IMG/VR virus record: IMGVR_UViG_3300037692_000155 | Location: 1-49,840 of that record | Direction: 5' to 3' (one strand) | DNA: 49,840 nucleotides | Source of the DNA: a virus | Taxonomy: Duplodnaviria; Caudoviricetes | Shown: positions 42,900 to 49,840 of the stretch, piece by piece | How positions within the stretch are numbered: position 1 is the stretch's first letter | Layout of the letters: each line of letters opens with the position of its first letter | Notes under the pieces: model-generated | What the model saw: the letters and a program-made list of their open reading frames with translations, nothing else | What the model was told of the DNA's origin: nothing | Databases searched by the model: none | Made by a program: the position numbers and the translations under genes

Positions 42900-44483
42900 T
42901 CAATTAATTACACGGTTGATAGTATGCTGCTTATCCAAGACGGTCCGCAGCATGTATTCTTCCAAACTCCCTCGAATCACGAGAAATTGAGCAAGGACAG
43001 AATTCTTTTGTCCGATTCGGTGACACCGGTCCACGGCTTGAGCGATCTCACCCGGCACCCAGCTTGTTTCGACAAAAATGACGTTCGAGGCGGCGGTAAG
43101 AGTGATGCCGACTCCCGCGGCTTGTATCTGGCCTACGAAAACCCGGCAATCCGGGTTTTGCTGAAAAGTATCCACGGCCCTTTGTTTCTGTACGGCGGTA
43201 ATCTTCCCGTCAAGCTTCACTGGCAAATAGTCTTTTAAGCCCGCCATGAGCATATCGATTACTGCGGAATGGTGGGCAAACACGACGACCTTATTAGTCC
43301 CGCTGTCCAGTAAATCCTTGATATGGGATATACAAAGCGGAGTTTTCAACTTTGCAAGCTTATGGCGAAGCTCAGAAAGTTCACCAATCTCCAGACCCTT
43401 CGGCTTGGCGGTTTTTTTCAATTGGTCAAAATCGACCAGTTTACTTTCCGCTTTTATGAGCCTCTTGGCCACCGGGTCGGCTTCGAAGGGGACCACCTGA
43501 AAAATCTTGTCCGGCAAATCTTTGAGAACGTCCGCTTTGAGGCGGCGGATCATGATTGAAGCCCGCAGACGGTGGTTTAATTCCTTTTCGTTGGAAGAGC
43601 CAGTCATGTCCCAGCCGTACGGCCCCTGATAGGCGTTGCAGAACCTCCGCCCGAAATCAAAATACTTGGTGAATGGCGCGATGACATCCGGAGCGAGACG
43701 GGTCAACATGGGCCAAAATTCGATAGGACGATTCGGTACTGGCGTTCCGGTGAGCAAGACCACATGATTCGCGCCTTTGACTATGCCCTGCCGGGTTTTG
43801 TACCCCAGAACGGCTTGAGTTCTCTTGGCCTTCGGGTTTTTCAGGTAGTGAGATTCGTCTAAAACGACCGCGTCCCACGGTTTATCAGTGAGTTCCTCGT
43901 GTAGGTCATTCACAACATCATAATTCACGATTACGACCGGAGGGGGGTTAAGCGGGTATCCTTTCCGCCCTTGTTGTACGTGGCATTTTGGTTCGCCTAT
44001 GCCCCAGATCGCGAATTCGCGCAGCCATATGTATTTCACCGAAGCGGGGCAGATAATCAACGTCCGCGAGGGGCACCATTCATTCCAAGCCCCAATGGCC
44101 TGTATCGTCTTGCCAAGACCCTGTTCGTCAGCGAGCAGCGTAACGGCCCGGTCGCGTATAAACGCTATTCCCGCTTTCTGATAGGGCTTATACTGGCAGT
44201 CCTTCGGCGGGGGTTTTAGCTGGATGTCCTTGCAGAAATCCTCGTGGCCGGTGGCCCTAGAAAGCTTAATGGTCTGCCCTATAGCCCGGAGCCGGGCAAT
44301 CGTTTTTTCGTCGGCATATTGTTTGAGCTTCACAGCTTTGCCGGGGTCGTACGTGAACCAGTGACGGACTTTTTTATGAAACCCGAATCCCGCTTCTTTT
44401 GCTATCCCGGCAGTCTTGCCGGTCGGCATTATAAGAAAATAAGCGCGATATTTTGGGCTGAATTTCAGTTGTATATCGTCCAT
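42900..44483 (-). CDS. SNF2-family helicase
   Basis: LADEQGLGKT, DESHYLKN, LTGTP, AAGVGITLT, QAVDRCHRIGQ. Confidence 0.92.
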   Translation of the reverse strand: MDDIQLKFSPKYRAYFLIMPTGKTAGIAKEAGFGFHKKVRHWFTYDPGKAVKLKQYADEKTIARLRAIGQTIKLSRATGHEDFCKDIQLKPPPKDCQYKPYQKAGIAFIRDRAVTLLADEQGLGKTIQAIGAWNEWCPSRTLIICPASVKYIWLREFAIWGIGEPKCHVQQGRKGYPLNPPPVVIVNYDVVNDLHEELTDKPWDAVVLDESHYLKNPKAKRTQAVLGYKTRQGIVKGANHVVLLTGTPVPNRPIEFWPMLTRLAPDVIAPFTKYFDFGRRFCNAYQGPYGWDMTGSSNEKELNHRLRASIMIRRLKADVLKDLPDKIFQVVPFEADPVAKRLIKAESKLVDFDQLKKTAKPKGLEIGELSELRHKLAKLKTPLCISHIKDLLDSGTNKVVVFAHHSAVIDMLMAGLKDYLPVKLDGKITAVQKQRAVDTFQQNPDCRVFVGQIQAAGVGITLTAASNVIFVETSWVPGEIAQAVDRCHRIGQKNSVLAQFLVIRGSLEEYMLRTVLDKQHTINRVIN

Positions 44484-44554
44484 GATCGTCCGTTTGTAGC
44501 GAGGTTCGTCGGTGTAGCGGGTAAGCGGGGCTTATCGTTACGGGTCAATCGGTC

Positions 44555-44583
44555 TTGCCAATAGGCGTTTTTAGATTTATAAA
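44555..44583 (+). promoter_or_regulatory. sigma70-type promoter for cro-primase
   Basis: TTGCCA-17 nt-TATAAA. Confidence 0.55.
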
Positions 44584-44628
44584 ATGAAGAACCAACAACG
44601 TCAACCCCCAAAAGGGTCCATCCGCAAA

Positions 44629-44844
44629 ATGAAACTTTCCGAATACATTATTCACATAGGCGTGCCAAAGGCTTCCGAGCTTTTCGGGGTATCAGATGTA
44701 ACCATACGAGCTTGGCGAAATCTCGAATCGATTCCCGCCCCGGCCAAAGCCAATGAGATAGTAAAACTTACACATAGCCTTGTTTCTTGGGAAAAAATCT
44801 ATCAACCCTATTTCGACAATATGTCGGCCATGGCGGCAGAATGA
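44629..44844 (+). CDS. Cro-like HTH regulator
   Basis: MKLSEYI...ASELFGVSDVTIRAWR...P; start trimmed because ATG 44584 abuts the -10 box. Confidence 0.75.
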   Translation: MKLSEYIIHIGVPKASELFGVSDVTIRAWRNLESIPAPAKANEIVKLTHSLVSWEKIYQPYFDNMSAMAAE

Positions 44845-47093
44845 AAAAGAAGAATCTGAAAGACGAAAATATCGTCCGATTCGCCGAAGCTGGTTTTCGT
44901 ATCTGTAAACTTGGCCATCGGGACCACGGTGAGGGCAGTACCGATTTCGATTTACCGGGTAAAATCCCCGGTTCCGGTTTTACGAAAGTTAAGTTTAACC
45001 CGTCCCCGGACGTTCGCAACTATCCGCGCAACTACGGGGTCGTTCTCGATAACAAGCATCTGATTGTAGACGTGGACCCTCGCAATTTCCCGGAAGGGCG
45101 AGATTCGTTAAAAGAGCTGGAAGCCGATCTGTGCATAAATATACGCAAAGCTTGTGGCTTTTATGTAATAACCGGGGGTGGTGGGTTCCATTATTACTTT
45201 AAGAAACCGCCGAAAATCCTTATAAAAAACGCATTGAAGGAATACGAGGGCGTTGAATTTAAAGGGCTGGGCCGTCAGGTCGTTGGCCCCGGATCGATAC
45301 ATCCGGAAACCTGTCAGCCATATGTGCTAGTCGGGAATCCAATGGACTTATTCGACGCCCCGGGAGAATTGGTAGAGCTGATTCGCCGGGAAGACATCCG
45401 GCTTGAAAAAGGGACCGGGGATTACGATGATTCGGAGGCGAATCGAATCCTCACCCGCCAAGCATTAGATGCGCACCCGCCAGCGGTTGAAGGGCAGCGG
45501 GGCAATGATACAACCTATCAAGCCGCTTGTATCTGCCGTGAGAACGGGGTTTCAAAAGACTTGGCGCTTGAATTACTCGAAGAATATAACGAGCGCTGCG
45601 AGCCACCTTGGATGCTCGACGAACTGGTCGCCATCGTCAATAATGCCTACCGGTATGGCCAGAACGCCATAGGTTCCAAGAATATCAAGGGGGACTTTGA
45701 GGCCGTAGAAGATGAAGAGCCGGAAATCGCCGCTAAAAAAGAACCCGTCGTGGCCCCGGTCTTCCTTGACGAAATTAAAGAGCATTGGTGTTATTCAATA
45801 TCCACCAAGCGGTTCTTCGACCTACGGGACATGGCCATGCTGGACAAGGAAATGTTCGATGATACTTATGCCGGGGCCACCGATAAGAAAAAGCCCTCGG
45901 CTTTTGCTATTCAATGCCCGGATATGCGCAAAGTTTTTGCGCCCACCTACTGGCCGGGAAGGCCTCAATTCATTGCGGAAAAGGGCCGGGAGCGTCTTAA
46001 CCTGTACAAAGACCCCGGCCTTGTCCCGGCTCCGGGGGACGTAAAGCCCTTCATGGATTTTGTCGATTTATTGCTGGGGAATAAGGCATGGATCATCCAT
46101 GATTATTTCGCCTATCTGCTTCAAAACCCCGGAGAAAAGGCGCTCTGGGCACCCTTAATCCAAGGCAAGCCGGGCGTTGGCAAGTCCCTTATGGCTCGTA
46201 TTCTTATGACCCTCTTCGGTGACAATGTGTCGCAGCCGACCAACGACCAGCTGCATGAGAAGTACACCGATTGGCTGAAAGCCTGTCAGCTCGTTGTCAT
46301 CCACGAGCTTATGGCCGGTGGGCGGCTCGAAATGATGAACCGCCTCAAAGACCCTATAACCGAACCGACGATACGGGTTCGGGAAATGTGGTCCCCGCCG
46401 TACGAGATCGTAAACCGGGCGAACTTCCTGTTTCTAACCAACCATGAAGACGCCATCATCCTGCCAAAGGACGACCGCCGTTTCGCGATTATCTTCAGCG
46501 ACGCGGCCATACAGGAACCCGCGTACTATTATTCCGTTGTTGATTGGTGGAAAGGTAATGGCCCCGCGGCCCTTTTGCATTATTACCTTCATGAGCATAT
46601 CTTCGATGTGCGCTTTGATGCCAAAGCCCCCGCCCCGGTCACGGCTGAAAAGCTCCAGATGATCGAGAACACCCGGCACCCGGTCGAAGCGACGATTATG
46701 GATATGCTCGACGACGAACGCCCGCCGTTCCACGGCAAGCTGGCCCTTTCAACTCAGATTTTTGACACAATAAGTGCGATACACCGCGGCGTCAGCAACG
46801 CCCAGCTCTCCATGTACCTGCGGTCTTGCGGGTTCGAGAAAGTTACAGGCCGGTCACGGCTCCGGGGTTCTGACGGGCTTCGCGGAGTTCTTTGGGCGAT
46901 TCGCGACACTGGAGAAATGAAAAAGCTCTCGGAGGGCCAGCTCAGAACCCGCTTTATCAGGCAGGAAGAGGATTACGAAAACAACGTCTTGGAGAGGGAT
47001 TTCAATGAACAAGGAAGTGCGTCAGCTAATTCGAGAAGCAAAGTCACGAGGTTGGGAGATCACACTTACAAACAACGGTCACGTAAAATATGA
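44841..47093 (+). CDS. bifunctional primase-polymerase / DUF5906-type helicase
   Basis: IVDVDPRN, TGGGGFHYYF, VVGPGSIH; PriCT-like EGQRGND..Y..AC...C.PPW; Walker A GKPGVGKS. Confidence 0.88.
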   Translation: MKKKNLKDENIVRFAEAGFRICKLGHRDHGEGSTDFDLPGKIPGSGFTKVKFNPSPDVRNYPRNYGVVLDNKHLIVDVDPRNFPEGRDSLKELEADLCINIRKACGFYVITGGGGFHYYFKKPPKILIKNALKEYEGVEFKGLGRQVVGPGSIHPETCQPYVLVGNPMDLFDAPGELVELIRREDIRLEKGTGDYDDSEANRILTRQALDAHPPAVEGQRGNDTTYQAACICRENGVSKDLALELLEEYNERCEPPWMLDELVAIVNNAYRYGQNAIGSKNIKGDFEAVEDEEPEIAAKKEPVVAPVFLDEIKEHWCYSISTKRFFDLRDMAMLDKEMFDDTYAGATDKKKPSAFAIQCPDMRKVFAPTYWPGRPQFIAEKGRERLNLYKDPGLVPAPGDVKPFMDFVDLLLGNKAWIIHDYFAYLLQNPGEKALWAPLIQGKPGVGKSLMARILMTLFGDNVSQPTNDQLHEKYTDWLKACQLVVIHELMAGGRLEMMNRLKDPITEPTIRVREMWSPPYEIVNRANFLFLTNHEDAIILPKDDRRFAIIFSDAAIQEPAYYYSVVDWWKGNGPAALLHYYLHEHIFDVRFDAKAPAPVTAEKLQMIENTRHPVEATIMDMLDDERPPFHGKLALSTQIFDTISAIHRGVSNAQLSMYLRSCGFEKVTGRSRLRGSDGLRGVLWAIRDTGEMKKLSEGQLRTRFIRQEEDYENNVLERDFNEQGSASANSRSKVTRLGDHTYKQRSRKI

Positions 47094-47256
47094 GCTACCG
47101 GGGGGTGGACTCTTCTTTGGCAGCTCTACCCCAAGCGACCGGCGAAGCCTCTTGAACGAGCGCGCCCGGATGCGACGAATAGAAAGGAAACAAAATAATG
47201 CTAGACAAGACAATCAAAAAGCTCCACCGAAACGGCTTCCGGCTTCTGCTATGTGA
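47005..47256 (+). CDS. HicA-like toxin/RNase
   Basis: LIREAKSRGWEITLTNNGHVKY..P.G..FFGSSTPSD.R; GGAG RBS inside the primase 3' end. Confidence 0.7.
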   Translation: MNKEVRQLIREAKSRGWEITLTNNGHVKYELPGGGLFFGSSTPSDRRSLLNERARMRRIERKQNNARQDNQKAPPKRLPASAM

Positions 47257-47446
47257 AGACTCTAGGTGCTGGTCAGCCACTGCTCTAGGGGCGAATCCCG
47301 AAAGGACTGAAAGCGGCGCGATGTATACGAGGGCGATTGGATTCGGCAAAACGCCAGATGCGGCTATGAAGGAACTACTCGAAAAGCTCACTGTGCGAAG
47401 TGTTGAAGACGACGCGCTGGATAGGGCTATGTCCCTCTTTGGATAA
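47198..47446 (+). CDS. HicB-like small protein (putative antitoxin)
   Basis: W.A...GFGKTPDAAMKELLEKL resembles the HicB G.T.EEA motif; directly downstream of the HicA-like gene. Confidence 0.45.
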   Translation: MLDKTIKKLHRNGFRLLLCEDSRCWSATALGANPERTESGAMYTRAIGFGKTPDAAMKELLEKLTVRSVEDDALDRAMSLFG

Positions 47447-47454
47447 TAGGGTCA

Positions 47455-49227
47455 TTATCCGGCGTTATGGGCTTCAACCAAGGCGACAAGCTCGGTATAC
47501 CGGTCGTCGTCGTAGTTCACAAAGAAGTGATAGCTGTCCCCGCCCCACCAATCGCCCCCAGACCAAATCGTCGCTCCGATCCATACGTCGGCGTTATCGA
47601 GCATGTATTGAAGCATGTTTCTCTTGGCGACGCGGGACGTAGAGCTGACGCCGTCAGAGGTGTCTCCCCCGTTCCATTCGCCGAGGAAGAGCTGATGTCC
47701 GTAGGCTCTCGCCCAGCTCGTGACCCACGTAAGGCGCTCTACGCCTATGGTTTCGCTGGACACATCCGAGCCAGTCCCGGAAGAGTCGGCGTCAAGATAT
47801 TGGTGAACGTGAATAACATAGTCGTCGTCCGTGAAGTTTTGGAACGCCGCCGCGTTTCCAGCGGCTTCCCAGCTATGCGCCCCGGACCATGAAGTCCCTT
47901 CGACGTGAATCTTGTTCGTGGCCCCAGTCGCCCGGATGGCCGCAGCCGCGCCGGCCATTATCGAAGCCGTAGTCGTCGCGGGGAAGTCCGTATCATCGTT
48001 AGGCTCGTTACACAGGTCGAAATGGACAAGGGGGTTACTCTTGAATTCGTTGGCCAGTCTTGTCCAGAGATCGTTGAAATGTGTTGTTGTAACGGTGCCC
48101 CCGCCGATCAGGTGTTCCGTTCCGCCGATCTTGTAGCGCAAATAGTTATGAATATCGAGAAGGCACACACACCCAGCCCCGGTAATCGCGTTTACGCGGG
48201 CAGTGAGCAAGGACAGCTCTCCGCTATCCAGAGCACCGCCAAGCGAGCGCTGTATGCGCTCCCAGCGGAAAGGCAGACGAATAATCGTGGACCCGGCATT
48301 AACGAACCCGGTAATCGTCGAGGTGTCGGGGTAGTGATAATTGACGTTATGGGTTCCCGGTATTGTATCCGTCCCGAACTCAGCCCCGGCAAGGTTGGCC
48401 CCGATAAGGAAATCGCCTGACGGGACCGGCGTTTCGCCCCCTTCCACAGTAACGCTGTATTTAGAAGCTTTCTGAATTACCCAGCTCTCGATATCCGCGT
48501 CGCTCATGGCGCTGGCCACTGCGAAGAAAGAACCTATAACCACATTTTCCGGGCCGTCATCCGCGGCGATATCCCGGTCAAGCAGATTAATATCAATTGC
48601 GGCACCTATCGCAGTTCCGCGCGGATTGAAGTTGTGCGTCTCGGTCGTGGAATTGAAAAATACGTCGCAATCGTCGTTGCTGTTAAAGCGGAAAACGATG
48701 ACAAGCGGCAGGTCGGTAAGCGCAAAGCTGACTTCGGTGCCATCTTGCTGGTCGTCCCAATATATACCGACCCACGTTGTTCCATCGTCCGACTGGCGGA
48801 ACCGGCTTTGGAACTGTGCGCCAAGACACATAATCGTCCCTGTAAAATCGCCGGGGTCCACAACCATACCAATGGTCAACCCTCCGGTCGTATCTACGTC
48901 AGCCAGTTGCAGAAGATGTGAGCCATCGTTGGCACGAACGCCCCCCGCGCCCGCAAAGGCAGAAGCAACATATTCAGGGTCAACCGTTGACACAGAGTCC
49001 ATTGCAGTCCCCGCGCCGTCTATCGTCGAGATAAGTGAGCCACTGGAATATGTCTTGGAGGCGGTGTCCGCGTCCCAGCTGGCGACGTGGCCTGTTACCG
49101 CTGAAATATCGAAGGCCTCTTCGCCGGTTCCCGTAGAGTCAAAGATTTCGGTGGCCCCTATATGCGCCCGTTTGATCTCGGTAGCACCAAGATACAGTTT
49201 GTTGATCGTTGTGCTTCCAAGCTTCAT
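47455..49227 (-). CDS. virion-type protein with lectin-like domain and C-terminal GH5 endoglucanase (cellulase)
   Basis: GANLAGAEFG, IRLPFRWERIQ, LDIHNY, NEP (acid/base), VHQYLD, LGEW (nucleophile), WSGG; N-terminal KLYLG.TEI repeats. Confidence 0.88.
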   Translation of the reverse strand: MKLGSTTINKLYLGATEIKRAHIGATEIFDSTGTGEEAFDISAVTGHVASWDADTASKTYSSGSLISTIDGAGTAMDSVSTVDPEYVASAFAGAGGVRANDGSHLLQLADVDTTGGLTIGMVVDPGDFTGTIMCLGAQFQSRFRQSDDGTTWVGIYWDDQQDGTEVSFALTDLPLVIVFRFNSNDDCDVFFNSTTETHNFNPRGTAIGAAIDINLLDRDIAADDGPENVVIGSFFAVASAMSDADIESWVIQKASKYSVTVEGGETPVPSGDFLIGANLAGAEFGTDTIPGTHNVNYHYPDTSTITGFVNAGSTIIRLPFRWERIQRSLGGALDSGELSLLTARVNAITGAGCVCLLDIHNYLRYKIGGTEHLIGGGTVTTTHFNDLWTRLANEFKSNPLVHFDLCNEPNDDTDFPATTTASIMAGAAAAIRATGATNKIHVEGTSWSGAHSWEAAGNAAAFQNFTDDDYVIHVHQYLDADSSGTGSDVSSETIGVERLTWVTSWARAYGHQLFLGEWNGGDTSDGVSSTSRVAKRNMLQYMLDNADVWIGATIWSGGDWWGGDSYHFFVNYDDDRYTELVALVEAHNAG

Positions 49228-49491
49228 TTATGCAGCGTCCGTTATGACGTAAAGAGTTGAAGCGTCCGGCGTTATTGCCCCGTATTCCGACGTAGTGAGC
49301 GAAACGACGTTCGTCACCTGATCGGCTCCGGTAATCCCGGTCGGGTCGCTGTCAATAGTATTGACTTTGGCCCCGGCTTCGATGCCCGCGAGCTTAGTAA
49401 CCTCGGCATCGGTATATGCATTGGTATTAGCTTCGCCTTCATATGCAGTTTTTAGAGCTGCGCCCAGCGTGGAAATATCGACATCTGCCAT
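49228..49491 (-). CDS. short tail-fibre-like protein
   Basis: KLAGIEAGA.VN and LT.SEY.AI..DASTLYVI motifs seen in phage fibre proteins. Confidence 0.6.
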   Translation of the reverse strand: MADVDISTLGAALKTAYEGEANTNAYTDAEVTKLAGIEAGAKVNTIDSDPTGITGADQVTNVVSLTTSEYGAITPDASTLYVITDAA

Positions 49492-49514
49492 TTTGGCCCC
49501 CTTCTGACATGAAA

Positions 49515-49543
49515 ATTATAGAGCACAAAGAGCGGCGTGTAAA
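49515..49543 (-). promoter_or_regulatory. near-consensus sigma70 promoter for the fibre/GH5 module
   Basis: TTTACA-17 nt-TATAAT. Confidence 0.75.
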
Positions 49544-49840
49544 TTACGACTTTTTCTTGCCCTTTTTCGGGGGTTTCGCGGTTTTGACTTCCGGCGCGAC
49601 GAATACGCGGCCATCGGTCAGCCCCCACTCAAGAACGGTGAGGTCAATCGCTTCGCGGCGGGCCTCTTCGGACTGTGAATTCCACTGGCTCACTTCGACA
49701 AACCCCATATTCCTGAAAGCGTCCAGAATCACGTCGGCGGCGGTGACTTCGTCTCCGGCCTCAGTGATATAAATATCCGGCATATCCGGAACTCCGAGCA
49801 GGGATTCCTCGACGCTGGGGGCCCCCAGCCTGATATTAGA
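49544..49840 (-). CDS. hypothetical protein, 3' part (starts at position 37 across the junction)
   Basis: Frame is open from 49840 to the stop at 49544. Confidence 0.6.
   Translation of the reverse strand, partial: SNIRLGAPSVEESLLGVPDMPDIYITEAGDEVTAADVILDAFRNMGFVEVSQWNSQSEEARREAIDLTVLEWGLTDGRVFVAPEVKTAKPPKKGKKKS

Overview
The window looks like an essentially complete ~49.8-kb double-stranded DNA podovirus-type phage genome. The two ends join in frame through a 4-nt overlap. No integrase was recognised, and the host is not determinable from sequence (a proteobacterial host is plausible). Layout: a leftward early/accessory arm (1-13.3 kb); a rightward virion and lysis arm (13.5-37 kb: terS, tailspike, holin/endolysin/spanins, terL, portal, scaffold, capsid, tail adaptor and nozzle, ejection proteins); a leftward replication arm (RuvC-like resolvase, methyltransferase, PolA, SSB, Cas4-like nuclease, SNF2 helicase); a primase-helicase with a HicAB-like pair; and an inverted GH5 cellulase module. 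Two features stand out. (1) A phage Ro60/TROVE gene sits directly behind a tandem array of four structurally different Y-RNA-like ncRNAs (3594-4081), with its own sigma70 promoter and an Acb2 anti-CBASS gene further down the same strand. (2) A 193-nt tract with no G (6860-7052) is the 3' part of an IS1595 transposase in which every C on the coding strand appears to have become T. This is either a deaminase-like hypermutation scar at a deletion junction or an artefact. All calls are by-eye motif recognition; no database searches were run.
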